Below, one piece after another: positions 17,840 to 27,218 of a DNA stretch of 64,000 bases; within the stretch, counting starts at the first letter, position 1, and each line of letters begins with the position of its first letter. The DNA is from a virus. Taxonomy: Duplodnaviria; Caudoviricetes. The notes under the pieces were generated by a model. The model saw nothing but the letters and a program-made list of their open reading frames with translations, was not told where the DNA came from and searched no databases. The stretch is from the IMG/VR virus record IMGVR_UViG_3300032007_000001. One strand, 5' to 3'. A program made the position numbers and the translations under genes.

Positions 17840-19491
17840 TAATTACAACTTCCCTTCTTAAAATCTTTTGGAATTAATTGAATATTTCTTCTCCCCATGA
17901 ATTCGTTTAATTCAATTGTAAACGCTAAGTCTATACAATTGCAATCATCAAATTCACCGAGAAAATAATCTTTCATAGCATTAAAACATATTGCTTCAAA
18001 TACATATTCGTTTTGAGCTAATGAAAATTTTAATGCGTTTTGTTTTTTGCCTAATATTCTTTTATCTAGTATTTCAATGTTTTTCGAGCAAAAAACAATT
18101 TCTTCATTGCCTTGTCCAAACGGACGAAATCTATTTATATCGTATAACAAAGAAAACGTTATGTCTTTGAAGTTTATCAAAAAGTCTACATTCATTACTG
18201 GACGTTCTTTTGCTTCGTTTTCTTCTAAGAATTTTAAGTAGTTTTCATTACAACGTTTTTTGAATTCTTCCAAATCTTTTTCTGCAATATTCATTGCACA
18301 AGCTTCGGAATGTCCACCGCCAGATATATCCAAATCATTATTTAGAAGAATATTCTGCGATAGATTATATCCATATACAGAACGTCCAGAACCACCATAT
18401 CTACCATTGTTTTTTGTAACAGCAAAACATGGGCGCATATATGTATCAGCTATCCTATTAGCTATGATTCCCATGATTCCCGCTGGTACATCTTTGATTT
18501 CCTGTATGATAACAGGAGAATCATCTACTTCTATATTTTCAATGACTTTTTGCTGGATAGCTTTTCTTTTTTCGTTTAACGAAACGATATGTTTTGCTAT
18601 TTTCTCTGCTTCTATTTCATCATCGGCCAAAAATAAATCCACTATTTGTGTAGCATTTTCTATTCTACCAGCCGCATTTACGCATGGTGCGATACTATAG
18701 CCAATATCTTTTTCAGTTAATTCTTTTGTAATTTTTAATTCTTTTAATAAAGCATTAAGCCCGTAATTACTTGTTTGATTAGCCAATTTTAAGCCGTGAT
18801 AGACAAATATACGATTTTCGTCTTTTACTGGCATAACATCAGCAATTGTCGCTATAGCAGCCAAAACAATCATTTGATTATTTAAGTCTTTATCCATTTT
18901 TTTGATATCTGGCAAAAGAGCTCTAATAACCTTATATGCTACCATTGCTCCGCAAATGCCTTTGAACGGATAATCGCTATCTATGTATGGGTCAATTGTA
19001 AGCTCACAAGGAAGAGTATCGGTATTCCATGGGTGATGGTCTGTTACTATTACGTCTATACCTTCGTCAATTGCTTTTTTTACTAATTCATGTTCTGCAA
19101 TCCCACAGTCTACTGTAATCAATAAATTTATTTTTTCTTCTTTACATCGATTAATAAGTCTTTCTGATAATCCATAACCGTCTATTGCTCTATCTGGAAT
19201 GTCATAATATACATTTTTTGTAAGAGTCAATAAACCAAGCATCATAATAGAACATGCTGTGGTCCCATCACAATCATAGTCACCAGCAATCATAATTCTT
19301 TCGTCATTTACAATTGCATCTTGAATACGATTTATTATCAAATCCATATTTTTCAATTCATATGGATTTCTTATATTGCCTGCATGGTCTATGAATTTCT
19401 TGAATTCTTCTTTGCTTAATCCTAAATCTTTTCGTCGTTCTTTGAATAGATTATTGTTATATACGTGTTGTATGTCCCACATATAATTCAT
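17839..19491 (-). CDS. recJ: Single-stranded-DNA exonuclease RecJ
   Basis: GDYDCDG, PDR..DGYG, ITVDCGI, TDHH, ATIADVMP..ENR, APCVNAAGR, GSGRS, GGH, PFGQGN. Confidence 0.95.
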   Translation of the reverse strand: MNYMWDIQHVYNNNLFKERRKDLGLSKEEFKKFIDHAGNIRNPYELKNMDLIINRIQDAIVNDERIMIAGDYDCDGTTACSIMMLGLLTLTKNVYYDIPDRAIDGYGLSERLINRCKEEKINLLITVDCGIAEHELVKKAIDEGIDVIVTDHHPWNTDTLPCELTIDPYIDSDYPFKGICGAMVAYKVIRALLPDIKKMDKDLNNQMIVLAAIATIADVMPVKDENRIFVYHGLKLANQTSNYGLNALLKELKITKELTEKDIGYSIAPCVNAAGRIENATQIVDLFLADDEIEAEKIAKHIVSLNEKRKAIQQKVIENIEVDDSPVIIQEIKDVPAGIMGIIANRIADTYMRPCFAVTKNNGRYGGSGRSVYGYNLSQNILLNNDLDISGGGHSEACAMNIAEKDLEEFKKRCNENYLKFLEENEAKERPVMNVDFLINFKDITFSLLYDINRFRPFGQGNEEIVFCSKNIEILDKRILGKKQNALKFSLAQNEYVFEAICFNAMKDYFLGEFDDCNCIDLAFTIELNEFMGRRNIQLIPKDFKKGSCN

Positions 19492-19568
19492 ATATCTTTA
19501 CCTCTTTAGTTCGTTCTTATTTATTTTATACAAAATTTTATTAATCAAAAATTAACGTATAAAAACTA

Positions 19569-19597
19569 TTTACATGCATTGAAAAATATGGTATAAT
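19569..19597 (+). promoter_or_regulatory. SigA-type (early) promoter
   Basis: TTTACA-17nt-TATAAT with extended TG. Confidence 0.8.
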
Positions 19598-19621
19598 TTA
19601 TATCGTGAAAGGAGAATTCTT

Positions 19622-20431
19622 ATGGATAAGAAAGAAATGAAAGAAATTTTATTTGATGCCTTGGCAGAAAAAGAAAAAAATATGGAAGAATATAAAAAAG
19701 TTATGATGAAAATTCTTCCAGAATATATGGAAACAACTCCAGAAGAACGATTGAATAAACATTTTGAAAAATTTGATGATGATACAAAATCTTTTATTAT
19801 GCAATTTGAGCAAGAACAACCGGAATATATAGATTTCAATAATCCGGATAAGTCTATTATGACGATTATTTACGATTTCATTTATGGAGATAAACCAAAT
19901 TTGACAAAAAAAGAAAAGAAGTTTTTGAAAAACTTTGATAATATTCTTTCTCTTATTCAAACATGCCAATATGCTCTTGGAATTAAAGAGGATAGCGGAG
20001 TTGGAATTACTCATTTCGGATTGGACAAAACATTGTTTGATTCTGATACGTTGCATGTGGAAAACGAAGATATTATCATTACCGACCCATGCTACATTGG
20101 ACATAATAGAGGATATGATTTAGACCATATCCATCATAGCACCATTTATGGTGATTGGGGTTGTAATGTAGTAAACGAAGATACTGGCGAAATGCTCGGA
20201 ACTTTTTGTGCTGATGCTGGAGAAGTTGGCATTTTTAAGCTCGAAGAAGTAAAAAAGAAATATCCTAAATATAATTATATAGAATCTTATCCTCACACCG
20301 TAACGGTTATTAAGAATTTTACTGGAGACGTTACCATAAAAGTTGGATTTGACAAAAAGCATAAGGACTTTTATTGTTATGTAGAAGGAAAAGGCTCTAT
20401 TAATTTTAAGTCGTACCAAAATAGATTTTAA
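19622..20431 (+). CDS. Early hypothetical protein
   Basis: C-half IIITDPCY...TIYGDW...FCADAGEVGIF; AAAGGAG SD. Confidence 0.75.
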   Translation: MDKKEMKEILFDALAEKEKNMEEYKKVMMKILPEYMETTPEERLNKHFEKFDDDTKSFIMQFEQEQPEYIDFNNPDKSIMTIIYDFIYGDKPNLTKKEKKFLKNFDNILSLIQTCQYALGIKEDSGVGITHFGLDKTLFDSDTLHVENEDIIITDPCYIGHNRGYDLDHIHHSTIYGDWGCNVVNEDTGEMLGTFCADAGEVGIFKLEEVKKKYPKYNYIESYPHTVTVIKNFTGDVTIKVGFDKKHKDFYCYVEGKGSINFKSYQNRF

Positions 20432-20472
20432 GGTCAAAAATTTTTACTTCAAGTTTGCGAAAGGAGCTAACA

Positions 20473-20670
20473 ATGCATTACACTGAAAAAGACGAAAAGG
20501 CATTAAATGCTGCTAAATTTTTGAACGACTATTGTGAAGGAAACATTAGTTGCAAAAAATGTTTCTTTCATTATCAAAATATTGATAACGTAACTTGTTG
20601 TTCGTTAAATTCAACGCCTTCACATTATAAAATTCGTTTTGCAGAATTAAATCTTAAAGGAAATGAATAA
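20473..20670 (+). CDS. Small Cys-rich hypothetical protein
   Basis: AAGGAG SD; YC...CKKCFF...C. Confidence 0.6.
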   Translation: MHYTEKDEKALNAAKFLNDYCEGNISCKKCFFHYQNIDNVTCCSLNSTPSHYKIRFAELNLKGNE

Positions 20671-20884
20671 AATGAATCATTTTTCAAAATTAAATGATGC
20701 TGCATTGAAAGATGCATTAATTGATTATATGGCGTTTGGAAATAGTAATTTAATTCAAGACGGATATCTTAGTGATAAAAAAGAAAAATATGTAAATGAT
20801 TTTGGTGATAAAGCATTTGCAATTATGGAAAAAGATTTGTTATTTGAATGTGCAAAACGTTGGATGACATATCGTTTTAAGTAG
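20663..20884 (+). CDS. Hypothetical protein
   Basis: 73 aa, operonic. Confidence 0.6.
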   Translation: MNKMNHFSKLNDAALKDALIDYMAFGNSNLIQDGYLSDKKEKYVNDFGDKAFAIMEKDLLFECAKRWMTYRFK

Positions 20885-20896
20885 AGAGGTAAAAAC

Positions 20897-21082
20897 ATGA
20901 ATAAGAATGAATTGATAAAGATTATTGAAAACATTGAAAAGAATAGATGTCCAATTTATCATGGTGGAAGTTGTAATATGGATTGTGGTTATAGAATAGA
21001 TGGATGCTACGGAGATGAATGTATGTTTGATTCTTTTGTAAGAGCTTTAGAAAGTGATGATAAATTAGAACATATAAAATGA
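20897..21082 (+). CDS. Small Cys-rich hypothetical protein
   Basis: GAGGT SD. Confidence 0.6.
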   Translation: MNKNELIKIIENIEKNRCPIYHGGSCNMDCGYRIDGCYGDECMFDSFVRALESDDKLEHIK

Positions 21083-21109
21083 GCACCAAAATTAATTGGT
21101 GCTCATTTA
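21077..21109. terminator. Bidirectional intrinsic terminator
   Basis: AAATGAGCACCAA-AATTAA-TTGGTGCTCATTT. Confidence 0.75.
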
Positions 21110-21111
21110 TT

Positions 21112-22287
21112 TTATATAAATTCAATAATAAGAGTATCATCACCTTTAAGTAATTGAGGAGTAACTTCAGACCTAATATTATAATTTACATTAGCTAATG
21201 TTACATTAGTTACCGAAGAACCATAGAACATATCTTGCATATTACTAGCATCACTTATACTACTACAATCTATAGTCCATGGGAATATATCTGTGAGAGA
21301 CTGACAATCACGAAACATACCCATCATGTTTGTGACTTTACTAGTATTTAATTGAGGTATAGTAGTAAGAGAAGTACAATAATTAAACATATTATTCATA
21401 CTAGTTACATTATTAGTATTTAATTGAGGAATAGAAGTAAGATTAGTACAATTACCAAACATTTCTTGCATATCAGTTACTTTACTAGTATTTAATTGAG
21501 GTATAGAAGTAAGATTTGTACAATTACTAAACATATTATTCATACCAGTTACATTACTAGTATCTAATTGATGTATAGAAGTAAGTCTTTGACAACCACT
21601 AAACATAAAATTCATACCAGTTACTTTACTAGTATTTAATTCAGGTATAGCTGTAAGATTTCTACAATTATAAAACATATCATCCATATCAGTTACATTA
21701 CTAGTATTTAATTCATTAGGTATAGTTGTAAGTTTATAACAATTATAAAACATATTAATCATACTAGTTACTTTATCAGTATCTAGTTGAAGTATAGTAG
21801 TAAGATTAGCACAATCATAAAACATCGACCTCATATCAGTTACATTACTTGTATTTAATTGAGGTATAGAAGTAAGTTTAGTACATTGATGAAACATACA
21901 AAACATATCGGTTACTTTACTAGTATCTAATTGAGGTATAGAAGTAAGAGATTTACAATTTTTGAACATATTACTCATAGTAGTTACATTACTAGTATCT
22001 AATTCATTAGGAACTGTAATCATATTAGTATATGTATTTGGATATACTTGACTCATCTTATAATAAGAATCTGTTAATTGTAAAGGTGGTTTTGCTTCCT
22101 GTATAAAATAGTAAAAATTGTCATATTTTACATAGATACCTTTTTGATTAGGATTTACAGCATTTACTTTTGTAGCTGATATTGGTACACTATTTCCATT
22201 AATAGTTAACATTACTCTTGGAAATGTAGTAGTATCATTATTTTCTAATACATTTACAGAAATATTACCAAACATTGTCGTTGACAT
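21112..22287 (-). CDS. BspA/DUF285-type leucine-rich repeat surface protein
   Basis: About 11 repeats of L-T-S-I-P-Q-L-[ND]-T-S-x-V-T-x-M-x-x-M-F-x-x-C. Confidence 0.88.
   Translation of the reverse strand: MSTTMFGNISVNVLENNDTTTFPRVMLTINGNSVPISATKVNAVNPNQKGIYVKYDNFYYFIQEAKPPLQLTDSYYKMSQVYPNTYTNMITVPNELDTSNVTTMSNMFKNCKSLTSIPQLDTSKVTDMFCMFHQCTKLTSIPQLNTSNVTDMRSMFYDCANLTTILQLDTDKVTSMINMFYNCYKLTTIPNELNTSNVTDMDDMFYNCRNLTAIPELNTSKVTGMNFMFSGCQRLTSIHQLDTSNVTGMNNMFSNCTNLTSIPQLNTSKVTDMQEMFGNCTNLTSIPQLNTNNVTSMNNMFNYCTSLTTIPQLNTSKVTNMMGMFRDCQSLTDIFPWTIDCSSISDASNMQDMFYGSSVTNVTLANVNYNIRSEVTPQLLKGDDTLIIEFI
21300..22015 (-). repeat. 66-69 bp coding tandem repeat (about 11 units)
   Basis: Recurring ...TTACTAGTAT(T/C)TAATTGAGGTATAGAAGTAAG... 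on the + strand. Confidence 0.85.
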
Positions 22288-22357
22288 TTTTATATCACCT
22301 TCTTACTTTCTATTCTAAATTAAGAATAAAAAAAGATGGACATTTAAGTCCATCTTT

Positions 22358-23551
22358 TTATTTTGTATTTGTATGTTTTTCTTTTATATCACTCTCATGT
22401 ACTATATGCTTCTTTGTTTTTGTCCCTGGTAGAGAATACATAGCATCCATTAAGCTATCTTCTAGTACTGATTTAAGTCCTCTAGCACCAGTTTTTCGTT
22501 TTATTGCTATTTTAGCTATTTTATGTATGGCTTCATCATCAAATGATAATGCAATATTATCAAATTTGAATAATTGTTGATATTGCTTAATTAATGCATC
22601 TTTAGGCTGCGTTAATACTTTTACAAGAGTATCTTCATTAAGCGAATCCAACGTAATAATAATTTGAAGTCTACCGATGAGTTCTCTTACTAATCCAAAT
22701 TCATATAAATCTTGTTGCTGAACTTGGTGAATTAAATTTTCATTTGGCTTTACTTTTTCAGTTGAACATCCAAAACCGATTTCTTTTTTGCTTATTCGTT
22801 TTGCTATTATTTCTTCCAATCCAGAGAATGACCCCATGCATACAAATAATATATTACTTGTATCAATGCTTACCATATTGCTTCCTAATGTATTTTTGGA
22901 ATATTCAACGTCAAATTTATTTCCTTCTATTAACTTCAAAATTGAGCTTTGAGCATCTCCGCCATTTACGTCTTTTCCTGATTCTTCAGTAGCTTTTAAT
23001 TTATCTATTTCATCTAATATAATGATTCCTCTTTGTGCTACATCTATATTCCCATCTGCTTCGTTAAGTAATTGCGTTAATATATCTTCTACAGAAAGTC
23101 CAACATAACCTGCAGATGTAATGCTTGATGCATCTGTGATTATCATTGGAACTTCTAAGAATTTAGCGATTGTCCTTATTAGATGAGTTTTTCCAGCGCC
23201 CGTTGGTCCAATCATTAATAAATTTGATTTTTGTATTTCAATATCTTCTTTTTCTTTTATATCAGTTTTGAATACTCTTTTGTAGTGATTATATATTGCA
23301 ACGCTTAAGGCTTTCTTAGCATAATCTTGACCAACAACATATTCATCGAGATGTTCTTTTATATCTCTTGGCGTTAATGTTTTTCCTTTGGTCTTTGAAG
23401 TGCTTACTTTTCTGCCAGCAAGGATGTTTTTGCAAAGGTCTACGCATTTTTCACAGATATTGATTGAGGATGTGGTACCAAAAATAATTTTGTCTTTATC
23501 TACCTCTTCTCCACAAAATTTGCATTTGATTTTTTTCTCTTTTTTAACCAA
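22358..23551 (-). CDS. clpX: ATP-dependent Clp protease ATP-binding subunit ClpX
   Basis: C4 Zn finger, YVVGQD.AKK.LSVAIYNHYKR, GPTGAGKT, AGYVG, DEIDK, IGF loop, TGARGL. Confidence 0.95.
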   Translation of the reverse strand: MVKKEKKIKCKFCGEEVDKDKIIFGTTSSINICEKCVDLCKNILAGRKVSTSKTKGKTLTPRDIKEHLDEYVVGQDYAKKALSVAIYNHYKRVFKTDIKEKEDIEIQKSNLLMIGPTGAGKTHLIRTIAKFLEVPMIITDASSITSAGYVGLSVEDILTQLLNEADGNIDVAQRGIIILDEIDKLKATEESGKDVNGGDAQSSILKLIEGNKFDVEYSKNTLGSNMVSIDTSNILFVCMGSFSGLEEIIAKRISKKEIGFGCSTEKVKPNENLIHQVQQQDLYEFGLVRELIGRLQIIITLDSLNEDTLVKVLTQPKDALIKQYQQLFKFDNIALSFDDEAIHKIAKIAIKRKTGARGLKSVLEDSLMDAMYSLPGTKTKKHIVHESDIKEKHTNTK

Positions 23552-23603
23552 ATATCATCCCATCCTTTGCTACCAAATAATTTATTTTAACAAGAAAAAA
23601 CTG

Positions 23604-24278
23604 TCACAGACGGATTTTTTCATCAGAAATCAATATTTTAGGGGTTTGTATAAGAAAAAATTTGTTTTTGTTTTCCTTAAATCTATATATATCTAAATCT
23701 GTAGTTAATAAATCGTATCCCTTATAACATTTTGCAATTGATGCATATGAAAATTTTTTATTTGAATTAACATGTTTTACACTTAAAGCATCAATTGCTT
23801 CTTTTTTATTGTAAAAAAATCCAATTGTCAATTCTATGCCAAAAAATCCAAATTTTTTATTGAAGTTTTCATGCAACGTTACAACGTAAATTGGAGGTGC
23901 CATATCGTTTTCTCCATAGAAAATAATGTAAAAATCTCTTTTCAAAATATCTCTTGCATAAATAAAACAATGCGTTGTGTTTTTATACTTTCCAATATAA
24001 AATCTTTTTTCTTTTTTATCTTTAAGTTTTTTGGAAAGTTTTTGTATCATTAAGCAGTTATGTATATATGCTTCGTTTCTAGTAGCAAAAAAAGAGTATT
24101 CGCTCATTTCATCTATCCACGTGAATTGTTTGTCTATTCCATTATCATACCAATATGTAGTAAAAACAATTCCGTTATAAATAGAAGTCAAAGCCTTTAG
24201 ATTTTCAAAAGAAAATCTAAAAGGCTTTAATCCCATTTCATCTTTTATTTTTTTGCAGTATTTATATCCCTTAATCAT
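23604..24278 (-). CDS. Hypothetical protein
   Basis: 224 aa, overlaps the gyrA stop. Confidence 0.6.
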   Translation of the reverse strand: MIKGYKYCKKIKDEMGLKPFRFSFENLKALTSIYNGIVFTTYWYDNGIDKQFTWIDEMSEYSFFATRNEAYIHNCLMIQKLSKKLKDKKEKRFYIGKYKNTTHCFIYARDILKRDFYIIFYGENDMAPPIYVVTLHENFNKKFGFFGIELTIGFFYNKKEAIDALSVKHVNSNKKFSYASIAKCYKGYDLLTTDLDIYRFKENKNKFFLIQTPKILISDEKIRL

Positions 24279-26656
24279 AATTTTTCCACATTAAATGTAT
24301 TCGGTTTCGCTTTAATCAATTCCATTTTTTCCAAACGATTCTTAAAGTCAAATTTCTTAATTTCTACTAAGTTATTTTTATCGTCATAATAAATTGGTTT
24401 TTCGCATACATTGACTTTCAATAACTTACTAAATTTCTTATCAAAACAATACCTTAATGCTTTGGATATTCTACCTTTAATTAAAGCATCTCTTGCTCTC
24501 ACAACTTTATAAGAATACGTATCATTATTATTTTCTGCTAGTACCAAAATTAAGTCTTTATCATTATTCTTAAGAGAAGATATTTCGCAATCTACTATGA
24601 AATCTCCATCTTCCAATTTTGGTGCTGGCATAGCTTTTGCGTTCATACCAGTAGAAGTGAATGAATTTGTACTGAATCTTGCTACATATCCTTGTTCTGT
24701 TGCAACCGTTACAATTTCATCTTCAATGTCATCTATAAATTTAGCACATACGATATCTGAGTCAATGTCTTTAATCAACTTTTTGCCAGATTTTAATTTG
24801 CCTATTTCTGTCTTTTTAATATTACCATTTTTCAAAATGGTGAAAAGTGTTTTCTTCAATGTAACTGGAAAAATAGTTACAACGTCTTTTAATTTAGCAT
24901 CTTCTATTTCTTTTACTTTTATAGAAGATACTTCACCATTTTTGAATAATACATATATCTCATCGTTTATCTTTGCTTCAAAATAAATTTTATATAATTC
25001 GGATTTGTCTTTAAGTTTTGAATCATCAAATTCTTTTTTATCGTATACTTTAACGTTTTTATTTGTCAAAACAACAACAGCATCAATAAATGCTTCGGTA
25101 TGTTCTTCTGACATTTCTGCGAATTTAGCTACTATTTTCGTCCTACGTTCGTCGCCAAATTTTTCTTTCAACTGAATCAATTCATTTTTGATATATTCGT
25201 CTCTTGTTTTTTCATCATTTAAGATGTTTTTATGTTCTTCTATGCTTTTCTTTAATTCTTCGATTGATTCAAACACAGCATTGACATTTTTCTTTACAAC
25301 TGAACGGAATTTTCTATCCAATACATAATTGGCTTGAAATTCTGTCAATTGATATTTATTCATAAGCATTTCAATTGCTTTGGCGTCATCTTCGCAATCT
25401 ACTATTTCTTTTGATACTTCTTTTATATTATGAAGTATCTTAGCTACGCCTTCTTGAATCTCTAATTTCTTTCCTTCTTTTTCTATTAGAAATTGCATAC
25501 GGCGTTTGATTACGTTTCTTCTATTTTCAAGATATATATTTACGTAATCAATCAATGTAATCAATTTTGGCGTTTTTTCATGTATGCCACACATGATATA
25601 ACTGCATGGTTTTTGCAAGTCTGTAGAACTATATAATTTATTAACGATAAATGGAATGTTTGCTGTTTTAGCGCACTCTATTACTAACCTTATATTTTCG
25701 CCTTCGCTTTCTTCTCTAACTTCCAAAGCTTTAGGCAAAGACTTGCTAGAAATTAATTCGTATATTTTCTCTAACGTTTTAGAGATATTCATGTTTGGTG
25801 TAGTATCGGTAAATACAATTTGAGGGTTCTCATTTTCTGCATTATGCTCAATTTCATAATTTGCTCTATATATTATTTTACCTTTACCAGTACTATATAA
25901 TTCTTTCAAATTTTCTGAAGATATGCACCCTCCCAAAGGCATATCTGGTCCTTTGATATAAGTCATCAAATTTTCCAAAGTAAAGTCTTTATTGTCTATA
26001 GCATAAATTAAAGCATCGCACACTTCTCTTAAATTATGGCTTGGGCAATTTGTTGTCATACCGACAGCGATACCAGATGCACCATTTACAAGAAAGTTGG
26101 GAAGCAATCCTGGCAATACTATTGGTTCTGTTGTGGTTTCAGAATAATTCGGCTTGAAATCTACGCTACATTCATCTAAAACATCTTCCAATAGATTATA
26201 GGCTATTTTTGCTAAACGGCATTCTGTATATCTATCAGCAGCTGGAGAGTCACCAGAAGCAGAACCATTACATCCATGGAAATCTATTAAAGGATATCTA
26301 AATTCCCAATCTTGTGACATATTCGCAATCGTACCATAACACGAAGAATGTGGGTGATAGTCACCCATGACTTCACCAGATACTTTTGCACATTTTACAT
26401 ACTGTTTATCACTATCATGCTTTCTTTCTGCGCATGAATATAATATCCTTCGCTGTGCTGGTTTCAGCCCATCTAAGACGTCTGGAATCGCACGAGACAG
26501 GATAACTAACATTGAATAAGAAAGCATAGACGTTTTTATTTCTTCGCTTATATCTCCAGTAATGATATTTTCGTTCTCTAGTAATTTATCTACATTCAGT
26601 TTGGCTGTTCTCTTTGCCAAAAAAATCACATCCTTTACTAATTCCATTATAAACAA
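24275..26656 (-). CDS. gyrA: Type IIA topoisomerase subunit A (GyrA/ParC-like)
   Basis: SRAIPDVLDGLKPAQRRILY, YHPH, AADRYTE (catalytic Tyr), NGASGIAVGM.T..PSHNL.E, degenerate pinwheel CTD. Confidence 0.93.
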   Translation of the reverse strand: MFIMELVKDVIFLAKRTAKLNVDKLLENENIITGDISEEIKTSMLSYSMLVILSRAIPDVLDGLKPAQRRILYSCAERKHDSDKQYVKCAKVSGEVMGDYHPHSSCYGTIANMSQDWEFRYPLIDFHGCNGSASGDSPAADRYTECRLAKIAYNLLEDVLDECSVDFKPNYSETTTEPIVLPGLLPNFLVNGASGIAVGMTTNCPSHNLREVCDALIYAIDNKDFTLENLMTYIKGPDMPLGGCISSENLKELYSTGKGKIIYRANYEIEHNAENENPQIVFTDTTPNMNISKTLEKIYELISSKSLPKALEVREESEGENIRLVIECAKTANIPFIVNKLYSSTDLQKPCSYIMCGIHEKTPKLITLIDYVNIYLENRRNVIKRRMQFLIEKEGKKLEIQEGVAKILHNIKEVSKEIVDCEDDAKAIEMLMNKYQLTEFQANYVLDRKFRSVVKKNVNAVFESIEELKKSIEEHKNILNDEKTRDEYIKNELIQLKEKFGDERRTKIVAKFAEMSEEHTEAFIDAVVVLTNKNVKVYDKKEFDDSKLKDKSELYKIYFEAKINDEIYVLFKNGEVSSIKVKEIEDAKLKDVVTIFPVTLKKTLFTILKNGNIKKTEIGKLKSGKKLIKDIDSDIVCAKFIDDIEDEIVTVATEQGYVARFSTNSFTSTGMNAKAMPAPKLEDGDFIVDCEISSLKNNDKDLILVLAENNNDTYSYKVVRARDALIKGRISKALRYCFDKKFSKLLKVNVCEKPIYYDDKNNLVEIKKFDFKNRLEKMELIKAKPNTFNVEKL

Positions 26657-26682
26657 AAAATAAATAGGCGAAATTTATTCGC

Positions 26683-27213
26683 CTATAACTTTATCATATG
26701 AGCTGCTGATGTTATATATTCTCCATTCATTTTTGGACTATTCCAAAGTGATATGTTATCTACTAATATTGGTGTTCTTGGCAACTTAAAAGGAATGAAT
26801 TCTTGTGTATCATAAGCGAATGTAATGTGTGGAGTATATCCTTCAAATTTATCTTTAACTTTTTGATACCCAACTTCTTGATATAATTGTTGCAATAAAT
26901 AATGAATTTGATATAACTTAAAAGAGTTATTTACATCCATCCATGCCGCACCCATATCGAAACGATTTAATGTGTTGGCAAAAACATAGAAAGAATGATA
27001 TTCTTCTCCGTATCTTTCTTTGAATAGATTCATTGCTTCTTTTACTAATTCTATGTCGTGTTCTGTGTCACCAAGAAAATCTATAGTAATATGGAAACTG
27101 CTATCGTCAACAAAATTTCCCTTTATTTTTTGTTTAGCTAAAATCTGACAATACTTTAATGAATCAATTGTTTGTTTGTCAGTAATATCAACGGACATAT
27201 ATAACGAACTCAT
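26683..27213 (-). CDS. 2H phosphoesterase (LigT/2'-5' RNA ligase-like)
   Basis: Two HxT motifs: FHITIDFLG and YTPHITF. Confidence 0.88.
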   Translation of the reverse strand: MSSLYMSVDITDKQTIDSLKYCQILAKQKIKGNFVDDSSFHITIDFLGDTEHDIELVKEAMNLFKERYGEEYHSFYVFANTLNRFDMGAAWMDVNNSFKLYQIHYLLQQLYQEVGYQKVKDKFEGYTPHITFAYDTQEFIPFKLPRTPILVDNISLWNSPKMNGEYITSAAHMIKL

Positions 27214-27218
27214 CTATT

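Noticed and set aside
21300-22015. Regular 66-bp repeats as a possible CRISPR array
   Set aside because: They are in-frame coding LRR repeats with no unique spacers.
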